From: Myxococcota bacterium
Lineage (GTDB): Bacteria; Myxococcota_A; Polyangia; Polyangiales; Sandaracinaceae
Assembly (NCBI GenBank): GCA_036149055.1
Contig: JAYZQJ010000181.1
Location: forward strand, 1-50,198
Direction of reading: 5' to 3'
DNA: 50,198 nucleotides
A program made the translations under genes and the position numbers. Under the pieces are notes generated by a model. That model was not told where the DNA came from. It made no database searches and saw nothing but the letters and a program-made list of their open reading frames with translations. Positions 1 to 8,850 of this stretch are shown here, one piece after another (position 1 is the first letter of the stretch; each line of letters starts with the position of its first letter).

Positions 1-1
1 C

Positions 2-247
2 GCCGCGGGCGTTCGCCTTCGCGATGATCTCCCACAGCCGCGTCGACAGCCGCCGGCCGCGCAGGCTCCAGATGCCGCGCATGACCTTCGACGTGACCAG
101 CACCGGGTGCCGCGCCGCGAAGCGCTCCCGCGTGGCGTGAGGGACGCCCGCCTTCTCTCCCTTGGGCTTGCGCCCGGCGCCCTTCCGCGCGCCGCCGTGC
201 CTGAACAACAGGAGCGTGCCTTGCTCTGGTTTCCTCTTCTTGCGCAT
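2..247 (-). mobile_element. N-terminal part of a Y1/HUH tyrosine transposase, REP-associated (RAYT)-like; runs off the window start
   Basis: Not in the ORF track. Manual translation from ATG 247: MRKKRKPEQGTLLLFRHGGARKGAGRKPKGEKAGVPHATRERFAARHPVLVTSKVMRGIWSLRGRRL... The GGxRxGAGRKP...VPH...RHPVxVT...SLR pattern matches the N-terminus I recognise in myxobacterial Y1_Tnp proteins. The HUH motif would lie just outside the window. Confidence 0.75.
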
Positions 248-333
248 GCCCGCACGGACGGGGAGCGCTCGGCGCGACTGGCGGAAATCGCAAGAAAAGG
301 TGCGGGGTCTCGACTCTACCCCTGCCCTCCAAC

Positions 334-385
334 GGGCAGCTCTGCCGATTCATGAGCGAGGCATGATTCGGCAGAGATCCCCCGG
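334..385. repeat. Inverted pair of REP-like units (REP doublet / hairpin)
   Basis: gggcagctctgccgattcatg (334-354) and catgattcggcagagatccccc (362-383) form an imperfect inverted repeat with a 7-nt spacer, about 90 nt upstream of the transposase ATG. Confidence 0.7.
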
Positions 386-389
386 CGGA

Positions 390-1739
390 TCACCGAGAGC
401 TCGACGGGCTCGGTGGATGGGGGCGGTAGTAGCCGAGCGCGACCAGGTGCGCCTCGGCGGCGGGCGCGTCCGGTCGTTCGAGCTGGAGGTCCAAGGTCTC
501 GCCTTCGGTGAGCTCGAAGTACCGTCCGTCGGCGACGCAGTAGGCGGGGGCGTCGACGGTCTCGCAGGCCGCGGGGGCGATCCGCACCCCGTCGACCTCG
601 ACCCAGACGGCGTCCAGGTAGGTGGTCTCCGGCTTCTCCTCGGAGAGGCGCACCGTGGTCCGCTCTCCGATCTCACCGATCGCCAGCGTCTGCGTCTGGG
701 GCTCGAAGCGGACGTTGCGGAGGATCTCTCCGACGCGCTCCGGGCGCCCGTCGCGGACGACGTCGACGTAGGGGCAGGCCGCGAGCTCGTCGCAGCGCCA
801 GTGGCCGCCCACGCGCCGGCGGCGGGCGGAGAGGACCTCCCCGGCGTCGCTGATCCGGAAGACCACCTCGGTGCGGGGCGCCGTCTCCGGGTACCCGATC
901 CGCTCACAGTCCGCCCAGTCGGTTCCCCGTACCCGGATGGTTCCGTCGCCAGGCACGACGCTGCGGTGGAGGAACGAGCCGATGACCGAGTCGCGGATCT
1001 CCACGAGCTCGTCGCCGCGGCGGACGAAGTATCTGCGGATGGCGGGCGGATCCTCGTCGCCCTCCCCAGCGAGCGTCAGCGCGAGGACGGAGCGCCGCCG
1101 CGAGAGGCGCGTGACCTGCATCCCTTCTTGCTCCCGGGGCCAGTAGGCCAGGGGCGCATCGATGGAGTTTTGGGTGGGAACGCGCACCTCCAGCGTCGCG
1201 TCGCCCCACCGCAGGGTGGCCGCCCTCACCCCGGAGCGCCGATCGCTTCGGTCGAGCGCTCGCGTCAACGTCAGCGTCGCGTCGCCAGCCTCGAGCAGCA
1301 CCTGCTCACCGAAGATGCAGTCCTCGGCGGCGGCCCCGCACCTGCCGCACGCTGCGCCCGCGCACGCCTCGCGGCAAGTCCTCGCGGCTCGCTCGCAGCC
1401 ATCGAAGCGCGCCGCCTCCAGACGCTGGATCGGGGTCGCGCGCTCGGGCGCGTCGGGGAGCGCGGTGTAAACGCGCCGGTCGGTGTCTACCCAGCGCAGG
1501 AAGATCCCGATGACCTCCCCGTCCGCGTCGAGCCGCGAGCCCTGCACCAGGATCGTGACGCGCCCTGCGCCGTCGTCGGACGGAGTGAGGCGGAGCAGCC
1601 GCGTCCGGCCCGGTCGCGGAAGCGCGAGCGCTCGAAGCACCCGCTCGGGTTGGATCTCCGGGTCGTCCTGCGCCCGGGCGCTCACCGCCGGGAGCCCGAG
1701 CAGCAGGGAGAGGGCGAGGAGTGCTCCCGGCTTCGTCAT
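390..1739 (-). CDS. Secreted Cys-containing hypothetical protein (449 aa)
   Basis: Signal peptide MTKPGALLALSLLLGLPAVSARA; Cys cluster CERAARTCREACAGAACGRC; C-terminal ACPY...EEKPETTYLD...GYYRP domain; GC3-rich codons. Confidence 0.85.
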   Translation of the reverse strand: MTKPGALLALSLLLGLPAVSARAQDDPEIQPERVLRALALPRPGRTRLLRLTPSDDGAGRVTILVQGSRLDADGEVIGIFLRWVDTDRRVYTALPDAPERATPIQRLEAARFDGCERAARTCREACAGAACGRCGAAAEDCIFGEQVLLEAGDATLTLTRALDRSDRRSGVRAATLRWGDATLEVRVPTQNSIDAPLAYWPREQEGMQVTRLSRRRSVLALTLAGEGDEDPPAIRRYFVRRGDELVEIRDSVIGSFLHRSVVPGDGTIRVRGTDWADCERIGYPETAPRTEVVFRISDAGEVLSARRRRVGGHWRCDELAACPYVDVVRDGRPERVGEILRNVRFEPQTQTLAIGEIGERTTVRLSEEKPETTYLDAVWVEVDGVRIAPAACETVDAPAYCVADGRYFELTEGETLDLQLERPDAPAAEAHLVALGYYRPHPPSPSSSR

Positions 1740-1780
1740 GGTCGGCCCAACGCGAGCCGCGCCGCGCGGGATTCCCGTCC

Positions 1781-1805
1781 CATGATTCGGCAGAGATGCC
1801 CCCGG
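1781..1805. repeat. Third REP-like unit, direct repeat of 362-385
   Basis: catgattcggcagagatgcccccgg is identical to 362-385 apart from one extra G; contains a GGCA-GAGA-TGCC mini-palindrome. Confidence 0.8.
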
Positions 1806-1806
1806 G

Positions 1807-3189
1807 TCAGTCGACGAGGCTCCGCAGCGTCGCGAGGGTGCGGTCGACGTCGTCGTCGGTGGTGCGCGGGTTGTTCGTGCACGCGCGGAGCCAGCGGCGG
1901 CCGCGGAGCACGGTGGAGCTGACCATGGCCTCGTGCGTGTCGACGAGGCGGTGCACGAGGGCGGCGTGGGCGTCGTCGTCGAGGGCGTCGCAGCGGAAGG
2001 CGAGGATGCCCATCGAGGCCGGCGCGGCGAGGGACCAGCCGTCCATCGACTCGACGCGCGCGGCCATGTGCTCGGCGCGCGCGATCCCGGCGTCGATGGC
2101 CTCGGCGATCGCGTCGGCGCCGAAGACCTGGAAGGTCATCCAGACCTTCAGCGCCCGGAACGAGCGCGTGAGCTGGACGCCCATGTCCTGGAAGTCGGGC
2201 TCGTCGCCCGCGACGTCGCGCAGGTAGTCGGCCCGGCGCGCGAAGGTGGCGGCGAGGCGCGAGCCGTCGCGGAGGATCACGCAGGCGCACTCGTAGGGCG
2301 TGAAGAGCCACTTGTGCGGGTCGAGCGAGAGCGAGTCGGCGCGCTCGAGGCCCCGGAGCGCGCCCCGCGCGCGGTCGGAGAACATCGCCGCGGCGCCGTA
2401 CGCGCCGTCGACGTGCAGCCAGAGGCCCCGCGCCGCGCAGAGCTCCGCGATCGACTCGAGCGGGTCGACGGCGCCGGTGTTGGTGGTCGCCGCGGTGGCG
2501 ATGACGGCGAAGGGCGCGGGATCGCGCTCCACCGCGGCGGCGAGCGCGTCGATCCGCATCGCGAAGTCGTCGCCGGTCGGGATCACCCGCAGCGCCGACT
2601 CGGGGAAGCCGATGACCCGCGCGGCCTTGGCGATCGAGGCGTGGGTCTGGTCCGAGACGTAGAGGGTGGCCTCCCGCGGGTCGACGCCGCGCGCCTCGCG
2701 GGCCGCGACCAGCGCGGTGAGGTTGGCCATCGAGCCGCCGCTCACGAAGAGCCCCGACGCCTCGGCCGGGAAGCCGCAAGCCTCTGCGATCCAGCCGATG
2801 GTGATCCGCTCGAGCTCGTGCGGTCCGGGCGCCTCGAGCCAGTTGCCGCCGAAGGGGTTGAAGCCCGCCACGAGGGTGTCCGCGAGCACCGCGATGAAGT
2901 TGCTCGGCGACGGGATGAAGCCGAAGAAGCGCGGGTGTCCGGTGGGCGCGGCCTCGGCGAGCACCTCGCGGAGGGCCCGCTCGATCACCGCCTCCGGCGC
3001 CCGGCCCACGCGCGGGAGCGGCTCGAGCAGCGTCTCGCGGAGCGCGGCGCGGTCCGGCGGCGACGGGATCGGGGCCTCGGGCAGGCCCGCCCACCGCTCG
3101 ACGAGGGCGTCCACCACCCGGTAGCCCAGCGCGCGCATGCGCTCCCGCGACAGCGAGAGGCGCGGTCGATCCAGCTCGTCGCGGCTCAT
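1807..3189 (-). CDS. PLP-dependent group II amino-acid decarboxylase (aromatic-L-amino-acid/glutamate decarboxylase family)
   Basis: HPRFFGFIP, SGGSMANL, HVDGAYG and SLSLDPHKWL (PLP lysine) motifs. Confidence 0.93.
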   Translation of the reverse strand: MSRDELDRPRLSLSRERMRALGYRVVDALVERWAGLPEAPIPSPPDRAALRETLLEPLPRVGRAPEAVIERALREVLAEAAPTGHPRFFGFIPSPSNFIAVLADTLVAGFNPFGGNWLEAPGPHELERITIGWIAEACGFPAEASGLFVSGGSMANLTALVAAREARGVDPREATLYVSDQTHASIAKAARVIGFPESALRVIPTGDDFAMRIDALAAAVERDPAPFAVIATAATTNTGAVDPLESIAELCAARGLWLHVDGAYGAAAMFSDRARGALRGLERADSLSLDPHKWLFTPYECACVILRDGSRLAATFARRADYLRDVAGDEPDFQDMGVQLTRSFRALKVWMTFQVFGADAIAEAIDAGIARAEHMAARVESMDGWSLAAPASMGILAFRCDALDDDAHAALVHRLVDTHEAMVSSTVLRGRRWLRACTNNPRTTDDDVDRTLATLRSLVD

Positions 3190-3384
3190 TCCGAGAGTCT
3201 GCCACGGCGCCCGGCGCGCTCCACGCGGCCGATCCAGGCCCGAGAACGGCCAGTCGCGGCGCTGGCACGTGTTGTGGGATTCTAGGCGGGTGGGGATGGT
3301 GGTGTGTCCTCATCGTGGGACAGGGGTGCGGCCTGACGATCCGGGGCGGCGGGGGCTGTCACTCTCGAACCGTCGGAGGTTTCG

Positions 3385-4593
3385 ATGACGCGTGCGGCGT
3401 GGGTGATGTGGGCGGGGGTGCTGATCTGGGCCTGGGGCTGTGACTGCAGCGGTCCCCATCAGGCGGGCGGCCCGTGCGCCGGCCCGCGGCCGCCGGACAC
3501 CTGCGACGTGCCGTGCAGCGACGAGGAGCCCTGCGAAGGCAGCTTCTACTGCGCTGCGGGCGGCGTCTGCACCGCCGACTGCGACCCGCTGCGGCCCGCG
3601 GAGGGCTGCCCCGGCGGTCGATGCATGGACGACGGCCGCTGCATGCCGTCGAGCCGGCCGGACGGAGACCTGGACGCGACCGGCGTCTGCGCGGACGTGC
3701 GCGTGCAGGCCCGCCGGGTGACGCCGAACGTGATCCTGATCGTGGACCAGTCCGGGAGCATGAACGAGGGCTTCGGCGGTGGTCGCAACCGCTGGGAGGC
3801 GCTCCGCGACTCGCTGATGGACGAGCCCGACGGCCTGGTGTTCGCGCTGCAGTCCTCGGTGCGCTTCGGCCTCGCGCTCTACAGCGCCGAGGCGGACGGC
3901 AACTCCAGCGACCCGGTGCCCGGCATGTGCCCGCTGGTGGAGTGGGTCGGCCCGGCGCTCGACAACCACGGCGCGATCCAGACGGTCTACGGGCCCGCCG
4001 ATCCCATCGACGAGACGCCGACCGGGGCCAGCATCGACGCGGTGCTCGATCTGCTCGCGATGACGCCGGACCCGAGCGAGGACCCCACCATCTTCATCCT
4101 CGCGACGGACGGCGAGCCCGACACCTGCGCCCAGCCCAACCCGCAGGAGGGGCAGCCCGAGGCGCTCGCCGCCGCGGAGCGCGCCTACCGCACGGGCATC
4201 CGGACCTTCGTGATCAGCGTCGGGGAGGGCGTGGTGAGCGAGCGCCACCTCCAGGACATGGCCAACGCCGGCCTCGGACGCGGGGCGGGCGATCCCGACG
4301 CGGAGTTCTGGGTCGCGGGCGACGACGAGGGGCTGCGGACCGCCCTGACCGACATCATCGGGGGCGAGCTGAGCTGCGTCGTCACCCTCGAGGGCCGCAT
4401 CCAGAGCCTCGAGGACGCCTGCGCCGGCACTGTGCGGCTGAACGGCGAGGCGCTCTCCTGCGACGACCCGAACGGCTGGCGAGTGATCGACGAGACCCAC
4501 ATCGAGCTCACCGGCGACGCCTGCGACACGCTCCAGAGCGGCCCCGGCGTCACCCTCGAGGCGAGCTTCCCCTGTGACGTGATCCTCATCTGA
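3385..4593 (+). CDS. Cys-rich VWA-domain lipoprotein (CglB-like architecture)
   Basis: Lipobox AWGC; Cys-rich N-terminus; MIDAS DQSGSM...TPTG...ATDGEP; SD ggagg before the ATG. Confidence 0.85.
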   Translation: MTRAAWVMWAGVLIWAWGCDCSGPHQAGGPCAGPRPPDTCDVPCSDEEPCEGSFYCAAGGVCTADCDPLRPAEGCPGGRCMDDGRCMPSSRPDGDLDATGVCADVRVQARRVTPNVILIVDQSGSMNEGFGGGRNRWEALRDSLMDEPDGLVFALQSSVRFGLALYSAEADGNSSDPVPGMCPLVEWVGPALDNHGAIQTVYGPADPIDETPTGASIDAVLDLLAMTPDPSEDPTIFILATDGEPDTCAQPNPQEGQPEALAAAERAYRTGIRTFVISVGEGVVSERHLQDMANAGLGRGAGDPDAEFWVAGDDEGLRTALTDIIGGELSCVVTLEGRIQSLEDACAGTVRLNGEALSCDDPNGWRVIDETHIELTGDACDTLQSGPGVTLEASFPCDVILI

Positions 4594-4608
4594 CGTACCC
4601 TCCCTGGA

Positions 4609-6882
4609 GTGCGCGAGGCGAGTTGCATCCTGATCCTCGCGGTCGCTTGTTCGGCGCCGCCCGCCGCGCCGCGTCGCGCAGCCTCGGACCCGCCCGCCGA
4701 CCCGCCCGAGCGGGCGGCCGGTCCCGAGCTCGTGCTCTCGGGAGGGCACGTCGGGTGGATCCACGCGCTGGCGCTCTCCGCGCGCGGCGACCGCGTGGCG
4801 GTCCTCAGCGTCGACCGCCCGGACTTCGGGCAGATGGTCCATGTGCCCATCCCGTTCGCGACGATCACGGTGATCGACGTCCCCTCGGGCATCACCCGGG
4901 CCGCGTGGCGGGTCCCCGCGCCCCATCGATCCGGCGAGGCCAGCGCCCGGTTCGATGGGGACCGGACGCTGCTCGTCGACGGCTGGGTGGCGCGCGCGGT
5001 GCGACTCTCCGACGGGCTCACCCGGGTGTTCGACTTCGGGGCGCCGGCCCGACCCCTCGCGCTCACGAGCGCGCTCGTGCGGCGGTCGGACGCGCTCGAG
5101 CGCCGCACCGCGCGCGGCAAGCTGCTGTGGTCCGCTCGCGTCGGGCCGTCGTGGCTCCTCGAAGACGGCGCGGCCGCGCCGCGGGTCGTCGCCGGGAGCA
5201 CGGCCCTCGGGATCGACGCCCAGGGGCGCAAGACCTCGTCCGCGCTCGACCCCTACCGCCGGCCGGTCCTCGCCAGGAGCGCGGACGGTCGCTGGTCGGT
5301 CGAGCGCCTCGAGCATCGCCCTGCGCTCTTCGAGGACGGGGCGCCGCGCGCCTGGCTCTCCGCCGCGACGAGCGCGGACGACGACACGCTCGTCATCCAG
5401 CCGGCGTTCGCCTTCGCGCCCGACGGCCGCCTCTGGTCGTGTCGCACGGTCTCTCCCGCGGGGGAGGACGGGCGGGTTCGGTGCTGGCCGCTCGACCGCG
5501 ACGGGAGCGCCCTCGGAGCGCTCGACGTGCCGGTCGCGCTCGGCCGCGACGACCGCACGTGGGACCCGCGGCTGGTGATCGCCTCGAGCGGGCACCTCGT
5601 GATCGCCGCGGGGCGCTCCCTCTCGATCGTCGCGCCGACGGGCGAGGTGCCGCACGCGCAGCCGGACGAGGGCGTCGAGGCGCTCGTGAGCGAGGCGATG
5701 GAGGGAGACGACGGCTCGATCGCCCTCTCCTCGGTGGCCGCGCTCGGGTGGCTCGGCCCGGAGGGGGCGGGCGCGTCGCTCTGCCCCGATCTCCTGGACC
5801 GCGCTCCGCGTCTCCGCCGGGTCGACGGGCGGCCGACCGCCTTCGCCTGGCGCTACGTCTGCCCGATGGGTGAACACGCCACGCGCGGCGAGCTGGTGCA
5901 CGGCGTCTCGCCCGACGGGCGCGCGCGGGTGGTGACCGAGGAGTCCGAGCTGCTGGGCCCCGCGAGGCTGCGCGGGAGCGGCGGGCTCACGCCGCTCGAA
6001 GGGGCCGAGGACGCTTGCTCCTTCGACGGGTGCGTCCCGCCACCGCGCTTCTCGCCGGACGGGCGTTGGCTCTCCCTCGACCTCGGCCTCTTCGACGCGC
6101 GCACCGGCCGCCGCGTCCGGACGCTCTCCGAGAGCGAGACCGTCGACCGCGACTGGCGACGGACGGTGCGCCTCGTCGAGCGCGAAGGCGCGCTCCGGGC
6201 GGCGCTGCTCGAGCTCGCCAGCGGCGAGGAGGTTGCCGCGCCCGCGCTCGGCGGTGACGACGCGTTCTACCGGGCCGAGGCGCGGGTGCTGGTCGTCCGC
6301 GAGGGCGAGACGCGCCACGTGTTCGAGCTTGGCGACCACGACGGAGCGGGGGAGTGGTGGAGCCTGCTACCGGACGCGGTGGCGACGCGACGTGCGGGGC
6401 ACCTCTCGGTCGCCCGGCTCGACGACGGCGCGACCCGCGTCGTCTCGGTCCCGCTCGGGGCGAGCGTCGCGGTCGACCCCACGCGGGGTCGGCTGGCGTG
6501 GTGCGACGTCGATACGGTTTGGGTCTGGCGCCCGGCGAGCTCCCCGCCGCGCGAGCTCGGGCCCTGCGTCGGCCACGCCGTGCACGTGGGCGAGCGCTAC
6601 GTCGTGACCGCCGACGGCTCGCGGGCGCGCGTCACCCGTCTCGACGACGGGCGCGGGCTCCGGGTGCGCGTGGTCGTCCAGCCGGGGCGCGGCGCGTGGA
6701 CGATCGCCGAAGACGACGCGGGCCGCTTCTGGCTCGACCCGGCGCGCATGCCCCACGTCCGACGCCGGGGCCCCGGGCCGCTCCTCGACGCCCCCGTCAC
6801 CGAGGTCACGCCGCACACGGAGGGCTACGACCCTCAGCTCGTGCCCCGCTTCTTCGCGCCCCGACAGGATCAAAGCATCTGA
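4609..6882 (+). CDS. Lipoprotein with WD40-like beta-propeller repeats
   Basis: Lipobox AVAC; GHVGWIHALALSARGDR, FAPDGRLWS and FSPDGRWLS blades. Confidence 0.75.
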   Translation: MREASCILILAVACSAPPAAPRRAASDPPADPPERAAGPELVLSGGHVGWIHALALSARGDRVAVLSVDRPDFGQMVHVPIPFATITVIDVPSGITRAAWRVPAPHRSGEASARFDGDRTLLVDGWVARAVRLSDGLTRVFDFGAPARPLALTSALVRRSDALERRTARGKLLWSARVGPSWLLEDGAAAPRVVAGSTALGIDAQGRKTSSALDPYRRPVLARSADGRWSVERLEHRPALFEDGAPRAWLSAATSADDDTLVIQPAFAFAPDGRLWSCRTVSPAGEDGRVRCWPLDRDGSALGALDVPVALGRDDRTWDPRLVIASSGHLVIAAGRSLSIVAPTGEVPHAQPDEGVEALVSEAMEGDDGSIALSSVAALGWLGPEGAGASLCPDLLDRAPRLRRVDGRPTAFAWRYVCPMGEHATRGELVHGVSPDGRARVVTEESELLGPARLRGSGGLTPLEGAEDACSFDGCVPPPRFSPDGRWLSLDLGLFDARTGRRVRTLSESETVDRDWRRTVRLVEREGALRAALLELASGEEVAAPALGGDDAFYRAEARVLVVREGETRHVFELGDHDGAGEWWSLLPDAVATRRAGHLSVARLDDGATRVVSVPLGASVAVDPTRGRLAWCDVDTVWVWRPASSPPRELGPCVGHAVHVGERYVVTADGSRARVTRLDDGRGLRVRVVVQPGRGAWTIAEDDAGRFWLDPARMPHVRRRGPGPLLDAPVTEVTPHTEGYDPQLVPRFFAPRQDQSI

Positions 6883-7241
6883 ATGGTCCGACCGCGGCGG
6901 GGCTCGGCGGCCTTCGACCAGACGTGCAGGTACCAGAACGAGAGCACCGCGACCGGGGCGAGCATCAGGAAGTAGGCGCCCCAGAGCACGCGGCCGGTGG
7001 TGTCGATGGCCTTCGACTTCATCAGCAGGTCGCCGTACATCAGGAGCACGATGAACTGCGCCGCGACGTGCACGTAGAGCAGCTGCGCCGCGACCCCCAG
7101 GCTCGCGCTGACCGCGACGAGGCCGGAGAGGAGCAGCAGCACGAGCGGGACGGCCGCCAGGAGGCCGTAGCCCAGGCGCATCGAGCTCGGGAGCTCGGAG
7201 GGATCGGGGTCGGTTCGGTTCGGCATGGCACCTCGCGGCAT
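6870..7241 (-). CDS. Small membrane protein (3 TM-like segments); alternative start at 7226
   Basis: Three hydrophobic stretches; convergent overlap with the gene ending at 6882. Confidence 0.7.
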   Translation of the reverse strand: MPRGAMPNRTDPDPSELPSSMRLGYGLLAAVPLVLLLLSGLVAVSASLGVAAQLLYVHVAAQFIVLLMYGDLLMKSKAIDTTGRVLWGAYFLMLAPVAVLSFWYLHVWSKAAEPRRGRTIQML

Positions 7242-7250
7242 GGCACCTCG
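7221..7250. repeat. Perfect 15-bp tandem duplication (cggcatggcacctcg x2)
   Basis: Units at 7221-7235 and 7236-7250, read directly. Confidence 0.95.
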
Positions 7251-7308
7251 GTGGATCCACGCCGCCAGCCCCGCCAGAGCCCCGTTCGAGGGTCCCCGGG
7301 GTGAGGCG

Positions 7309-8211
7309 TCACGGCCTCGGCCCGCGCTCCCAGGGAGGCGGCGACATCTCCGCTTGCAGGTGGTCGAGGAAGGTCTTCACCTTCGGAGACAGGTGCCGCG
7401 TGCTGGGATAGACGGCGTGGATCGGGATCGCGGGCGAGCGCCAGGCCGGGAGCACGCGCGACAGGCCGCCGTGGGCCACGCAGCGGAAGGCCGGGAGCAT
7501 GGCGATCCCGAGCCCGGCGCGCGCCGCCTGCTCGAGGAAGTCGAAGTCGTTGACGACCAGACGGGCGCGCACGTCGACGGTCAGCTCCTCGTCCTCCTTC
7601 ACCAGCCGCCAGCGCACGAGCTCTCCGGCGCCGAACACGAGGCAGTCGGTCGACTCCAGGTCGCGCGGCGCTTCGGGCGCGCCGGCCCGCTCGAGGAAGC
7701 GAGGGCTCGCGACCAGGAAGCTCTGGAGGTCGCCGAGCCGCCGGGCGACCAGCGTCGAGTCGGCGAGCCCGCCCGCCCGCACCGCGACGTCGAAGCCCTC
7801 GTGCACGAGATCCACCAGCCGGTCGGCGCCCACCACCTCGAGCTCGACCTCCGGGTAGCGCGCGAGGTAGCTGGCGAACGCCGGAGCGAGGAACCCGAAG
7901 TTGAGCGGGACCGTGACCCGCAGGCGGCCGCGCGGCGCCTCCTGCATGCGGTCCACCGCGAGCTCCGCCTCCTCCACCTCCGCGGCCACCCGGGCCGCGT
8001 GCGCGTAGTAGATCCGGCCCTCGTCGGTGAGGCTCAGGGAGCGGGTGGTGCGCTGGAGCAGCCGCGCGCCCAGCCGCGCCTCGAGCTCGGAGACCTTCCG
8101 GCTCACCGTCGAGGTCGGCATGTCCAGCGCCTTCGAGGCCCCGACGAAGCTGCCCGCCTCCACGACCTTGGCGAACACCAGGATGGCGTTGGCGTCGATT
8201 GTCCCGTTCAT
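7309..8211 (-). CDS. LysR-family transcriptional regulator (CrgA-like)
   Basis: N-terminal HTH (GSFVGASKALDMPTSTVSRKVSELEARLGARLLQRTTRSLSLT); DLVHEGFDVAVR; divergent from the yceI-ygiD pair. Confidence 0.95.
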   Translation of the reverse strand: MNGTIDANAILVFAKVVEAGSFVGASKALDMPTSTVSRKVSELEARLGARLLQRTTRSLSLTDEGRIYYAHAARVAAEVEEAELAVDRMQEAPRGRLRVTVPLNFGFLAPAFASYLARYPEVELEVVGADRLVDLVHEGFDVAVRAGGLADSTLVARRLGDLQSFLVASPRFLERAGAPEAPRDLESTDCLVFGAGELVRWRLVKEDEELTVDVRARLVVNDFDFLEQAARAGLGIAMLPAFRCVAHGGLSRVLPAWRSPAIPIHAVYPSTRHLSPKVKTFLDHLQAEMSPPPWERGPRP

Positions 8212-8245
8212 GGGATTGTCATTCCAGAGAATGCAGTCTAATCCC
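8212..8245. promoter_or_regulatory. Probable LysR binding region between the divergent genes
   Basis: Nested dyads GGGATT...AATCCC and CATTC-CAGA-GAATG containing T-N11-A (8219-8231 and 8223-8235); AT-rich relative to background. Confidence 0.45.
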
Positions 8246-8301
8246 GTGGGCGGGACGTCGCTAGGTTCCAGTCAGGTTCGAGACACAAGAGGAGAACGAA
8301 C

Positions 8302-8850
8302 ATGACCACCCCCCGCTGGAACATCGACACCACCCACTCGGGCATTCATTTCTCGGTCCGCCACATGGTCTTCGCCAAGGTCCGCGGCCGCTTCGCCGGC
8401 TGGACCGGGGTCGTGCACCTCGACCCCGCGTCCCCGACCGGCGGCAAGGTCGCGGTCGAGATCGACGCCTCGAGCATCGACACCGGCGTGGCCGACCGCG
8501 ACACCCACCTCCGCTCGGCCGACTTCTTCGACGTGGAGCGCTTCCCGCACCTGAAGTTCGAGAGCACGCGCGTCGAGCAGAACGACGGCGGCGAGCTCCG
8601 GGTGCACGGCCAGCTCACCATTCGCGACGTGACCCGTGAGGTCGTGCTCGAGGCGCGCATGCTCGGGGCCGGCAAGGACCCGTGGGGCAACCAGCGCGTC
8701 GCCTTCCAGGCCGAGGCCTCGCTCGACCGCCGCGACTTCGGGCTCGAGTGGAACCAGGTCCTCGAGGCGGGCGGCGTGCTCGTCGGCGAGAAGGTCGAGA
8801 TCGAGATCGAGGTCCAGGCCGTCGCCGCTGCCGACGAGGAGGCCGCGTGA
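8302..8850 (+). CDS. yceI: YceI-family (polyisoprenoid-binding) protein
   Basis: WNIDTTHSGIHFSVRHM...SIDTGVADRDTHLRSADFFDVERFP...KDPWGNQR; SD aggaga. Confidence 0.93.
   Translation: MTTPRWNIDTTHSGIHFSVRHMVFAKVRGRFAGWTGVVHLDPASPTGGKVAVEIDASSIDTGVADRDTHLRSADFFDVERFPHLKFESTRVEQNDGGELRVHGQLTIRDVTREVVLEARMLGAGKDPWGNQRVAFQAEASLDRRDFGLEWNQVLEAGGVLVGEKVEIEIEVQAVAAADEEAA

Noticed and set aside
3263..3278. TGGCAC sigma54 -24-like box upstream of the VWA gene
   Set aside because: The -12 position reads GG instead of GC.
162..6339. Long ORFs 162-1922(+), 1736-3313(-), 1933-3285(+) and 3310-6339(-)
   Set aside because: Arg/Pro/Gly-rich off-frame or antisense translations overlapping better-supported genes.
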